Origin: Eukaryota sp. GEM-RC1
Lineage: Eukaryota
DNA: 64,000 nt
Direction: 5' to 3'
NCBI GenBank assembly: GCA_040285855.1
Contig: JAUFOQ010000013.1
Location: forward strand, 620,001 to 684,000
The stretch's first letter is position 1; each line of letters starts with the position of its first letter. The translations under genes and the position numbers were made by a program. Shown one piece after another: positions 35,231 through 46,759 of this stretch. Below the pieces are notes generated by a model. It was not told the DNA's origin. It saw only the letters and a list, made by a program, of their open reading frames with translations, and did not search any database.

Positions 35231-36358
35231 ATGCTTTCTTTTACATCTTTACCTAATGCATCATCTATAAAAGTACTAGTGTCATTACAACTCTTTAAGG
35301 GCTCTAGATCCTTTTTCCAACAAGAAGTTTCATTATTCTATGATGACAACAACTTTGAGGAATCTGAACTTCAAGAGCTCTGTAAAGCCTTTTATCAGAT
35401 CCAACTTAACAACAAAGGTAAAACATCTAACCCCGATTGGGAACTGGAAGTTAAATACAAAGCCACCGGGAGCATGTACCGCTTAGGTGTCACCTCTACA
35501 ATTGCCGGATGGATAGCCTCTCACAGTGGTGAAGGTATGGCTTTCCAGATCAAGGTCAATCCTATTGATATTGATAAGGAAGCTTACAAGGTATGGCAAA
35601 GCTCATCGCTTCAGCGAGAAGTTGTACACATGCCTGTTACTGACTTACAACAAGCAAATCCTGGGATCTCAGCAGCACCTGCCATTTGGCGCAATTGGGC
35701 CTCGCTTATTGAGTCGGGTAAGGCGGACATTACATTGATCCCAGCAGAATTGACACGCTTTTTCTCTGCCGTCGATGAACCGCCAAGTGAAGACGAAGAT
35801 AATGTCTTCGGAAATGCTGTTGCCCAAATGGTGTCCCGCGAGCTTATAAAAATTGACACCGAACGTAGTCAGTTTGATTCAGTTCAGAGAAACCTTCTCT
35901 GGAAGAAGATTGCCGCTTTTTGTCACTCCCTTAAGAGAAGATCCTCTGGAAGGGCAGTGTTGTTACCAATATCAACACATGACTTTAACCAGGTTGCCGA
36001 GGTAAACGATTCGCATGCTGCTTTGAACGGATTTCAATCTCCAACAGAACCACATCATCCTACGCTTAGATCCTCTAGGAGTGAAGTTGATCCTTTTCTA
36101 TCTTCAAACGGATTTCAATCTCCAACGGAACAGCATCATCCTACGCTGAGATCCTCTAGGAGTGAAGTTGATCCTTTTCTATCTTCAAACGGATTTCAAT
36201 CTCCAACGGAACAGCATCATCCTGTTCTTAAAAGCTCTAGAAGTGAAGACGATCCTTTTCTATCTTCTTTACACAACTTTCGTTCACATGCGGATCAAAA
36301 TTCACCAGTCAATGATGATGTCCAACGCCAATTGTTCACTTATAATATTGATCTCTAG
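35231..36358 (+). CDS. Hypothetical protein (375 aa) with three 27-aa tandem repeats; convergent with the Tc1 transposase
   Basis: Long ATG-initiated ORF in AT-rich DNA; no family recognised. Confidence 0.65.
   Translation: MLSFTSLPNASSIKVLVSLQLFKGSRSFFQQEVSLFYDDNNFEESELQELCKAFYQIQLNNKGKTSNPDWELEVKYKATGSMYRLGVTSTIAGWIASHSGEGMAFQIKVNPIDIDKEAYKVWQSSSLQREVVHMPVTDLQQANPGISAAPAIWRNWASLIESGKADITLIPAELTRFFSAVDEPPSEDEDNVFGNAVAQMVSRELIKIDTERSQFDSVQRNLLWKKIAAFCHSLKRRSSGRAVLLPISTHDFNQVAEVNDSHAALNGFQSPTEPHHPTLRSSRSEVDPFLSSNGFQSPTEQHHPTLRSSRSEVDPFLSSNGFQSPTEQHHPVLKSSRSEDDPFLSSLHNFRSHADQNSPVNDDVQRQLFTYNIDL
36026..36268 (+). repeat. 3 x 81-bp coding tandem repeat (NGFQSPTEQHHPTLRSSRSEVDPFLSS)
   Basis: Units start at 36026, 36107 and 36188. 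Confidence 0.92.
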
Positions 36359-36428
36359 GTTTTGCACTTATCACAATGTTTATGTTCTATAAAGGTATCT
36401 TTGTTGTTGTTCACTGAATTCTTCAGTT

Positions 36429-37508
36429 TCAATTGTCAACAAAATCTATTAAAAACTCAGACAAAGGTCCTGATAAATAAGGAGACTTGTAGTATTCAAA
36501 GTCTTTCCAGCCACTGTGATTGAAAAGCCTTGTACAATCACACTTTAGTCTCGGAAGGATGGCTTGAAGTACATCAATTGAATTTTGTCCAATGCTATGG
36601 TGAGAGATTTCACGAACTTTACGCCTCAAAACACCAAAAAAGGCCTCAATCGGATTTGACTCCGAGCAGTACGGAGGCAAGATAAAATAAGAAATTCCAC
36701 ACTTTTTAAGAGCCGCATGTATAAAAGGAGATACATGAATGTTGCATCCATCTACAACTAGAACACTACGACTCCCAGTCTTCGTTCTTAAATATCCTAA
36801 ATTTATTAAATCTTCAAGAAAAGCGACATACTGTAAGCGAGAAAAATGTCCTTCCTGGATATGGTGGTAGAGATAACCATCTTGGCTAATCGCCACGACT
36901 ACTGAGATCTGGTCCACGTTAACAAGTTTATTTTCACTAGCTACAGGAGTATTTCTAGGGCTCCTACCATAGAGTCTACTGAAGTGTTCCTTACGGAAGC
37001 TAATCTCATCAATAAATACTAGCTGATTAGTAAATATGATTCCTAACGAGAAAGAGAGTTTTTTCTCGAAATTAAGGATGAGTTGTACTTTAGCTTTGCG
37101 AATCATAGAACGGCATCGTTTACGAGAAAAGCCACTGGATACAAGTGATCGGTGAATGGTTGAGATGGAGCAAACACGTCCAGAGAAGCGAAAAAGACGT
37201 GCTTTAATTTCTCTAAGATAGAGCAGAGGATCTTCTTGAACAGTTGAAAGTATGAAGGAAACTTCAGCAGGAGAGAGGAGTTGACGGGTGTTGGCAGGTG
37301 TAGATTCCGTAGATTCTGAACTAAATAGGGTTTGAATCCAACGACTGAGTGTTGACTGTGATATGCAAAAGTACTTAGCTACAGTCGCCTGTGACCCTTC
37401 GAGAAAGAGATAAGAGTAACATGCACGAACTTTTGTGTCTTCGGATGCATTAACTCTCAAGGAAGCGAGCTCATGACATGATAGAAGCATGTCGAAGGTG
37501 TAACCCAT
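36429..37508 (-). CDS. IS630/Tc1/mariner DD34E transposase, apparently intact
   Basis: HTH (SQATVAKYFCISQSTLSRWI), second HTH-like region (PLLYLREI...SISTIHRSL), catalytic FIDE / VVDGCNIH / PPYCSESNPIE with 34 residues between D2 and E. First ATG at 37508. Confidence 0.92.
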   Translation of the reverse strand: MGYTFDMLLSCHELASLRVNASEDTKVRACYSYLFLEGSQATVAKYFCISQSTLSRWIQTLFSSESTESTPANTRQLLSPAEVSFILSTVQEDPLLYLREIKARLFRFSGRVCSISTIHRSLVSSGFSRKRCRSMIRKAKVQLILNFEKKLSFSLGIIFTNQLVFIDEISFRKEHFSRLYGRSPRNTPVASENKLVNVDQISVVVAISQDGYLYHHIQEGHFSRLQYVAFLEDLINLGYLRTKTGSRSVLVVDGCNIHVSPFIHAALKKCGISYFILPPYCSESNPIEAFFGVLRRKVREISHHSIGQNSIDVLQAILPRLKCDCTRLFNHSGWKDFEYYKSPYLSGPLSEFLIDFVDN

Positions 37509-37568
37509 GATACAGGTTGTTTTATTAGGTGAGTTAAAACTCAAATGAGTGAAAAGTGTTCTGACTCA

Positions 37569-38100
37569 CTACCCACTCAAAATGAAAACCTCAGAATCAT
37601 ATATTGGAAAAGTTTCAGCACCATAACTTCCCAGTTCTGAGGATAAGCTTTTCGAAAAAGCAGAACGAGATATAAATGGTCTTAGTAAATCAAACATTAA
37701 TGAATCAGTTGCCACTTCATCAACGTCATCGACAACCAGTTTGAATTCAATAGTATGAAGAATGAAACACAATAATTCAAAACAATGTTGCTCGGAATTT
37801 GAACTTTTCCAATTCATTCCAATTAAATTTTCACAAAGTGATTGCTTTCCTTCGAGCCAAATCACGTGATCGTTGATGAGGAATCTGTACAAGGACACAG
37901 TCTTTCCACAACCAGGTAATCCTGCCAAGACATTAATATTCTTTTGAGAAAGAATTGGTAGTAAGTTGTCAATCTCTAATTGTATGAGACAATTAGCACA
38001 ATGGAGATCAACAACTGGGAAATCTTGAAGAGAGTGTTTTCGGAAATAATTGAGAGCATTAGCATCGTCAACAATAGTGAATGGAAGAAGAACTACTAGG
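37569..38100 (-). pseudogene. P-loop ATPase N-terminal fragment (Walker A and B)
   Basis: NINVLAGLPGCGKT ... EFKLVVDDVDEV. Frame open upstream to about 38100; same frame as the downstream transposase. Confidence 0.65.
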
Positions 38101-39578
38101 ACTAATCCACAAAGCTTAAAAGTGTCAGTGTTTCTTCAATTACCCCAACTTCGTTTAAAACAGTTCTAGCCTCCTGTTGAAACTCAACATCTACATGTAC
38201 GACTACCTTCTCAACAGTCGATACACCAATGGCCTGGTTGAATGACCGTTTCGGATAGTAGTCTCATACAGTAGCTCTTCTTTTAATGGCGTTAGGCATG
38301 TTTGAAAAATAATGGAGTATAATTTGATCTTACAGAATAAAGTACCAACATTTTTTCCCGCCAAAATTAATTCCCGCCAAATATTTCGGTCCAACTTGTT
38401 AGGGAACACGTTAATAAAAATTTGTATGTATACACTTGTGAAGAGTTCTTTAAGGCTTGCTTCAAAAGAGAAGAATCGAAAGAAAAGCGGATACCATCAC
38501 TAACAAATGCGAGACAGAACTCTCTGTTAACCATGTCTTGTACTGATTTCACAGAAAGTGTTCCTTAAGAAGCAACCGTGTTTAGTACTGCTTTAGCTTG
38601 ACTTGTTTTGAATTTAGTTCACTCAACAACAACAGATTTGTCTTGCCTGTACTTCATCAGTTGATTCATCTCTTCGGTGTTGAGCTACTTGCTGCATGAA
38701 AGGTGGTGACCTTTTGACTTTCCCCAACGGATAGCGTTTTCGTCTGTCTTCGGGAACTCCACCATACAAGATATCCATGTTTGTGGAATTTTTTTGTTCT
38801 TTACGTAACACAGGCTCCATACGAAAGTTGTAGAAGATTACGTTGTTCTGCTGGTATCCGAGCAGTTGAGATGTAAACAGCATAGTGGGAGTTTTACTTT
38901 ATTCCATTTCATACACCGTTTCTTCTTTCCAAACAGTACTTCATGATGCATCCTCTTTTACATACATTTAGTTACTTACTGATTGAAATATACACTACAT
39001 GTACATTTATCTAGTTACTAGTATAAGATCTCTTGCTATGACCTTCTCCTCCACATTTACTAGCACCACATGTATATGTTCGTTTCGGTGGAAGCTGGTC
39101 AGAAGATCCGTGATCGTTGCAAGGTTTTCCAGTAGATTTCGGTTCGTTTTTCTTCATTCGTACTACTCCTGGTCTACCAACTCTTGGCTTTGCAATAGGT
39201 GGTCCGTACACAATTACTTCTACATCATCATCAAGCAAGTAATGACGAAGTTGTACATCATCAACAGACAGAATTATCCCTTCATACGATCGAAAATAGA
39301 ACAACGTGGTGTGTTGGTTAGCACAGTACTCGATCCCTCGTAGAGTTGATGTCGATAAAAACAGGTTCTGTACGTCAACGTTTCTTTACAATGATCATGC
39401 TTGGGTATTTGTCGATTCTAGTATGAAAAAAGTTGTAAAGTGCATTTATTGATTTTGATTAAAAATGTTGTAACCTTGTAGATTTTGTTGTTTTTCCTAC
39501 TTATAACTACATGTAACTACCAATGCTAATAGTTCCAAAAAAATTCAAATTTAGAATACATATATTATGTATTTGAAA

Positions 39579-40674
39579 TAGTTGGCAATCACGTATCACA
39601 GTGTGATTAGTGATCACGATCACAGCGTGTGATCACATAAATCACATTGTGTTCAAAATGTGTGATCACAAAGTGATTTGTAATTACCAAATAACAAAGT
39701 TTAACCAAATCTATTATTAACGTATACTCAATCTAAGTTGGAAAACAGCATTTGTCAATTTATTAACATACACGTAGCTTTGAGACAAGCCAAAAATCTT
39801 TGAACAATCAATTATCAATTAACAATCACGAACGTAATTGCCTTTTTTAATTTGATATTTGCTTTGATATTGGAATTTCACATGTCCAAATGACATCTGT
39901 GACTGTCAAAGTGAGAGCCAAAGAGATTGTGTCCATCTTTTCACGTTCCGTTGTTAAAACACGAATAGAAAGTACCACTACCATCGCTCAAACAGTGCTT
40001 GTACTTCAACGGATTCAAAACATTCAGACAAACTGATCTCCTTTATCGTGCTCATTACGTTTTTACGTTGAAAAGGTCTGTTATTTTGGCTTCTTGTTTC
40101 AGCATTGGTAAACTGAATACAGAATACAAGTACAGTACAGAACACGGTATTAAGTATATTTTAGATATCGCAGTTTCAAGTGTTAATCCAACGTGTATCG
40201 TAACTAGAAGAATGTGTTCAAATAGTATTAATTTAGTGACATTGATACAATTAAGTAGAAAAACTATAGTCTTGAATATCGATCAAATTTGCTCGTCGTA
40301 CTCTTCTTTTAGTTGATTTTGAGTTTTTGTTTCTACGCGTTTTTCCTACACATTGAGAAATTAACTCCACATCTAAATCTTCATCATCGTCAAAAACACT
40401 CACTGGAGTTTCTGAAATCTCTTATTGAACAATTGGTTCGACTTCAACTATTCCTTCATCATCATCATCATCTTCAAAGACCGGTAGTAAGCATTCTAAC
40501 TCGGAATCAGTGTAATAACTTATTATACATTTTATAAATAAATAACAAAGTTATTATTCATAATCTAATTTTATCCAGACTGTATGAAATTGTGATCCGT
40601 GTTATCACAAAGTGTGATTGTGATTTGTGTGATCACAATCACATTTTTGGAAAAAATGGTGTGGTTGCCAACTA
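39579..40674. mobile_element. MITE of about 1.1 kb, probably hAT-type
   Basis: TIRs tagttggcaatcac and gtggttgccaacta; GTGATCAC subterminal repeats at both ends; absent from copy 1 of the array; TSD imperfect (tgtatttga vs tgtattga). Confidence 0.8.
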
Positions 40675-41812
40675 TGTGTATTGAACATCTACTAGTATGA
40701 GACTCATACTTAAATGATGTTAATTCATGTGTCAAAAAACAAACTGTTTTGTAGTTGGACTAGACAATGCAGAATTTACATTGCTTTATTATTACTTCCG
40801 TAATTTTTAAAATTATGTAAAAAATGAGACCTTTGTTTCATACATTTGTTTTATAATTAACTATTTGACATAATTGCCATCGATTCTTGCTAATTCAAGA
40901 CTCATTACAATAACACAAGACAAAGAAGATAGTAGAACTTATTATAAACTTAAATGCACTTCAGAAAAAACAAGTCCAAGTACTTTACACAGTATCAGAG
41001 AAGATCCAGAGTATAACTCAATCACAAAATACAAAAGAGGCATTTGATTTACAACAAAACTTAAAAAACACATAAAGGATGTTCAAAACAGTGTATAAAA
41101 CATACACCTAATTCGAACTCAATCCAATTGCCTCACTGTACTACAAGAAGGAAGCTCAAAGTGCTGTTTTGCAAAGTAGGAACAATCAACACGTCTAACT
41201 AAAGGATTATCGAAAAGAACACCATCTTGGAGTTCAGTGTAGTCTCTGTCCACAAGAAACGAAAAGCTGGAGCGCAAATAAGAAGGAAAGTCGTTGAAGG
41301 ACAACTCATTCATATCATTGTGAGTCTTTTCGGTGAGAATTTCCAATAGCTCAAATACATCAGGATTCGAAATTCGTAAATTCATCACGTCAAAAGTTAA
41401 CTCTCCACAAAGACTACGCAAGCTTATAGGAGATGATTTGTAACGAATAAGTTGGGATATTGGTGGTCCTACACCTTTTTGAAGATTGTTGTCGTATACT
41501 CAAGGTTCGATTTAGAAGTAAGATCTTGAATAGTTTCAGACAACCAGTGCAGAACTGTAATTTTACCAACTAAAGGGTTGATCAAACGTCGATATACGAA
41601 AAGATTTGAAGTTACAAAAAATACTGAATAATGACGAGAAAAATCAGATTCAAATGTTCTAAGTAGACCTAACAATAACGAATTAGTTGAAACGTCATGA
41701 ACGTCATCAACTACCAGTTTGAATTCGTTACTATCGAGAACACTGTTTCTTTAAAGAAGTTAAAAAAAGACTAAAACAACAACAACAAGTGTGCCTTTAA
41801 CAACCAAAGAAA

Positions 41813-42241
41813 TCACCTCCGTAACCTCCTTGAAGAAACTAGTGGTCTAATAATAGGTCCTTCATTAACAACCCTTGCAGATCCTTGAGGAGCAGGGATC
41901 GTCTGAACAGACTTAGAGCATAGAGAGGAAGTGGAAACGTTGAAGATTGGTGCCATGTTCTGTACAAGTTGTTCATCACATTTGTGAGAATCATGTGAGG
42001 AGAGAAAAGGAGTGGATGAGATACAAGAGCATTCATTCAATGAACCAAAGGTAATGGCATGAAGACCAAGAGAATTGCCAGAAGGATCATAGCTGAGTCT
42101 GTGGAGAAGAACCTCGCTTCGTTTGAGTAAATCTTCATCAATTTCTGATGAGAAAGATGGAGAGTCGTTTTGAGGAGAAATGGATCCCGATGAAGCAAGC
42201 TGGAACCTGAACAATTCCTTAGCAGCAGGATTCAAAGCCAT
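41813..42241 (-). CDS. Repeat-unit 142-aa ORF, copy 4
   Basis: One substitution (E to D) relative to copy 1. Confidence 0.4.
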   Translation of the reverse strand: MALNPAAKELFRFQLASSGSISPQNDSPSFSSEIDEDLLKRSEVLLHRLSYDPSGNSLGLHAITFGSLNECSCISSTPFLSSHDSHKCDEQLVQNMAPIFNVSTSSLCSKSVQTIPAPQGSARVVNEGPIIRPLVSSRRLRR

Positions 42242-44359
42242 TTGTTTAAGTAGACGAAGGAGAAATCTCTTTCCTCAACTACGTCTAGTTAACGTTAGCA
42301 CCTTATTAGAATCGTTTTGATTCCAGCGATGCTTACAGGCTCCTCCTTTGAGTGCAAGTATCATGCAGTACATCAACATCTCCCTCATGTTCATTTGCTT
42401 CTTTCTTTGGAACAGATGTACTGTCTGTTTTCTTGAACGCCGTCGACACCTTTAATGTTGATGAACATCTTAGTTAGTCTCGTGCTATTTTAGGATTGTT
42501 AATAGTATTACATGATCGTGTTCCTACCCCAGGTTCTACCCCCCTCCCCCAGATCACGTGATGAGGTCAAAGAACATGGACTACATCAATGCATAATATC
42601 CATACTCAATCGCAATTGCCATGTAAAATCATCCTAAACGTTCCAGAAAACTGTGTTCACTCTTATCGTGGGAAACTTCCACTACTAGTCATCTTCTTTC
42701 TTTAATGTAGGAAATGACATTAAGGAAATCGAATCACTGACTGCCTACTTCAGTCAAGAATTCTTAGAACTTCTTGTTTGGTGACGTGTGCAATTTCAGG
42801 GGTTGTCAGTTTCTTTTCTGTTTGATGTTTTACTGTTTACAAAATCAATCAATTTCGATTGATTGATTGTTGACGTTGATGGAAGAAATTTCCAACACTT
42901 TATTTTGCCCCTTTTAATATTTAAAACCAACATATTCCAATCCATCTGATGAATCAATTATTTTTGATTGGTGTGCTTGGAGAACTTGATTCTGTAAATG
43001 TGTTCTCTTGTTTATATAGGAAAAGAACTGGATGCGAGGCAGCATATATTTGAACAGTTTCAATGTGTGAAGAATGTCATCGTCAATCAATTGTCAGTCA
43101 TGTCACTTGTCAAAACGACTATAAAAGGAACGAACCATCGTTATCAGACCATTATCCTTCCTTACATGTCTCGAAGGAAACATCTTTCCTCCAACGAGAC
43201 TTGCTGCACTTTAACAAATTAGACTCTCTCCTCATTACAAAGCACTTCTCTCAATAGAGAATGCTTTTTTGAAAGCATCGTGGTTATCTGACCGTCGTTT
43301 TAGTCTAGAACGACGGTCTTTTTATGGTTCTGTAGTAACGTTTTAATGGTTCTATCTACCGATAATCTTCCACTTCCTCTCCTTGTCTCTCTCAACGTCA
43401 GCTTCATCTCCTCCTCCATGCTCTCTTCTCCTCTTTACACTGCCGTAACTACCCGTCGTCTTTCCATCACGTCTCTCATTGATCTTCCCATGGTTCTCGT
43501 TATGATCTCTTCTTGGTGACTTCATCTACTACTATACTAACTCATCCTTCTTATTCTGAAGATCACGTGTTCTTGGATTCTTGAAGTATTTTACTTTTAA
43601 GCATTACAGTGTCAAGAGTAATCATTAACTTCACTTAGAATAGCTATTTCCTAGAGTATCTGCTTTTTTCAGAGTTCCAATTGGGTTCAATTGTTTCCAG
43701 TAGATGAAGGGCCATTTTCTGAAGTATTTGACAACCTACCGTTTCATTGTTTTCATTTTAAAACAATTCCACCTGTGTTATAGATAGGAGATCGCTATTT
43801 TTAATTAAATCTCAAAACTCGATTATCGTGTAGTCTATTCGATGGAGAAAGCAATTTTTTCCATTCAGACCTTCGCTTCTTTTTAATTGATGTGTCAGTT
43901 AAAATAGAAACCATTCGATAAATCAAAAACTTAGTTTAAAACTAATTCATCATTTAAAATGTATATAGATATCCACAATATCTTGAAAATTGATTGATCT
44001 TCATGGAGAACTAATTAATAGAACCCGAAATGCTGGACATTGGGCAGTAATCACTTCAAAGGACTTTGTTTTTGGCTAGAGTGAGTGCAGAGTTCTGTGA
44101 AGGGGAGTGGACTTTGATTTAGTTGATATTTGAACTTCTTGACTTTCTGTGAGAATCCACATCAACTCTCTTCTGGGTCTAGGATTCTTTCTTTATTTTG
44201 GACTCTGCTTTTTTACACTCTAAATAAAAAAATTGAAATACAGTGTATGTTGATGAATTGAGTGGAATACAACACTCAAATCAATGTTTAAGTGGCCACT
44301 GATCACTGAAGGATCAATAGCTCTGCTTAGAACGTTCCCAAGTTTTGGTTGGTAATGGT

Positions 44360-46759
44360 TAGGGTTGGGCAAAACTCCACTCGAGTTCTACGAGTAGACT
44401 CCAAACTCCACTTCACTCCACTTCACTCCAAATTTCTACGAGTTGGAGTCGAGTTGGAGTTCTGTCAAAATTTTACGAGTAAGTCGAGTTGGAGTGAAAC
44501 TTGTGATTTAATCAGTATTTGTGAGTAAGCTGTACATCGTGTACAATAGTGTTACCGCTGTAGAGTAACACCTATATGCTTTGTCACTAGAAACAAGGTA
44601 AACAAATAAAGGAAAGTCTAACAAGTTGTTTATCCTATTTATTAAACTAAGGCTATGAAGGGACGTTTAGATTCATTGCATACCATGATTTAAGACAAAG
44701 AAGTACTTCCAAAACTTCATCAGAGAGACGATTTCTTGTTTTGCTGAGCGTACGTCCACTTACAGAAAAACATCGTTCTGATGCAACTGATGATACCTGT
44801 ACAGCAAGAAACTGACGAGCTATGGAAGAAAGAACAGGGTACTTATCTGTTCGGTGTTTCCAAAAATTTAAAGGATTAGAAGTAAGGGGTTCCAATGGAC
44901 CTAGTTCAAATGAGTCAAGTTCGCCAATCGGCTCCTCATGTTGATCAACCAGATGTGAAACAGCCAAATGGAGAGAGCATTTGGGTACGGGTTCAATATC
45001 AACGACTTCGCCTTCAACGATTGCAGGTTCTGCAGGTTGGACTTCTACTGATTCATTATCAAGAGAGGGTTGATGCGAAATAAAATATTCTTTGAACTGC
45101 TCTCTGAAGTTTTCAGTCTTCAACTTCAATGGCATCAATCTCGTCTTAAAACGAGGATCAAGAAGCATAGCAACATATGTTGTGAAGTTATAGATATGAT
45201 CATGATAAGTGACCAGCTTATCCTTCATCGATGAAATCATCCGCAACACCCATGGTCGGTGTTGGTTATTGTTCTCTTGAATATCAAGCTGCCTTTCTAT
45301 TTCGGCGAACATTACTACGCTCGGTCCAACTGAACATGTTGAGTACGAAACAGTATTTGTTGCGTTATAAAATACTTTCAAAATATCACACAAACAGCGA
45401 ACATTGGCAAGTTCTTTAGACGTAAGTTGTAATTCGGAAATATCTTCATTTTCGGTTGTTGTAAAAAACAGGTTGATCGCTTGTAACCGTTTGAGATAAG
45501 TACAAAGCATAAAATATGTACTATTCCATCGAGTTTTCACATCTCTTCTAATTGAACGAATATTTAGGTCTTCGAAACAATCCCGGAATTCTTGGGTAAG
45601 TTGTGTTGAGCCTGCCAAGGTTTGGGCAAGTTTACGAATTTTTTCACAAGTGTTTTCTACGTGAAGAAGTCCAGCTTGGAGAACAATATTTAGGATGTGT
45701 GCAAAGCATCTCATCTTTAGAATACAACCTTTACCCAGTTCAGATCGTTCATAATTGATTCTGTTCAATGCAGCGTGTAAGGTGGGAGCATTGTCAACCG
45801 TGAACGAATGATCTCTTTTCGCATTAACGTCATGAAGCATCATAGTAATACACCTGGCAGTTCTTTCTTCATTGTGTGGATGTCCAAAAGGACGTAAATC
45901 GGTTAAAACATTCACAAGTTGAAATTTAGAAGTGATGAAATGAGCAGTGAGAGAAATAAAGGGGGTATTATTTGGTGAGGTCCAACCGTCCGTTGTATAG
46001 CATACAGACTGAGTAGATTAGAGCTCAGTTAGTTTCATTCGTAATAAAGCATGTTCGTTCTTTAACGTATTGGTGAGATTTCTGCGAGAAAACAGTTCAA
46101 AATCCTTTCCCAAGAAGAACCGAAGAATCTTAAGTATGTCCGAGCCAACTAAAGACAGAGGTTGATTTGTTTCAACAACATAGTGTCGGATAAGAGTGTT
46201 GTTTGTCGTTCGTTGAGCTTAATTGGTTCTGGAACCAGGCTAAAGTCGTAGAGAACCTTCTGATCAGCATCAGATTCGGACGACTCATCTGATTGAGATA
46301 ATTGTACATCAGGGTTGACCCAGTCGTGTTTGTCCGTAACATGTTTTGTTAACACCGAAGAAGAAGTTTCAAGAGCGTATGTCTGTTTTCTATTTGGCAA
46401 ACACTTTTTACAGACTCTACGTGTCAGAGGAGCACTGTCGACGACACTAAACGTAGTAGTTTCGAAACAGGTGTAAACTGCCAGATTGCTTTGCTTTAAA
46501 GCCGGCGGGTTTTCGACAATAGTTATCGCTGGAGGAAGGCGGTCGATATTGAACAAGAAGATTCCTTTCTTGTTTATAAGCATTCGGAGTAAAAATGAAA
46601 TTCAGGAGTGGAGTGAAGTGTTCAAGTGACTTGAGTTTGGAGTGAAGTGAAGTTGGAGTGAAGTTCACTTGTAAAATTTATTGTTTGGAGTGAAGTCGAG
46701 TTGGAGTTCTATAATTTCTACGAGTGGAGTGAAGTCGAGTTGGAGTTTGCCCATCCCTA
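44360..46759 (-). mobile_element. Full-length hAT DNA transposon (2400 bp)
   Basis: TIRs tagggttgggcaaaactcca and tggagtttgcccatcccta; perfect TSD gtaatggt; ACTCCA/TGGAGT subterminal repeats. Confidence 0.95.
44653..46583 (-). pseudogene. hAT transposase with BED finger; one frameshift (about 46180) and one in-frame TAA (46018-46020)
   Basis: CKKC...KHVTDKH; TTDGWTS; TVDNA; RCFAH; TRWNST; SSVASERCFS...LLCLKSW. Confidence 0.9.

Larger units (their letters stand above)
25235..43035 (-). repeat. Tandem array of a composite unit (starts at 25235, 29006, 33940, 41813; base period about 3.77 kb)
   Basis: The 142-aa ORF and its flank recur 4 times. MULE C-terminal, gag and ATPase fragments recur 3 times in the same order. 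Unit lengths differ through copy-specific insertions. Confidence 0.9.

Noticed and set aside
38110..38415. Tc1-like TIR (cgtgttccctaacaagttg on the minus strand) and short HTH-like ORF as the end of the DD34E element
   Set aside because: No matching partner TIR or TA duplication was found on the other side.
46018..46020. In-frame TAA codons (hAT transposase, chromodomain relic) as a sign of TAR-to-Gln recoding
   Set aside because: H2A and H3 end in TAA and H2B and H4 in TAG at the expected positions, so the standard code applies. The apparent TAG at 16177 is split by an intron.
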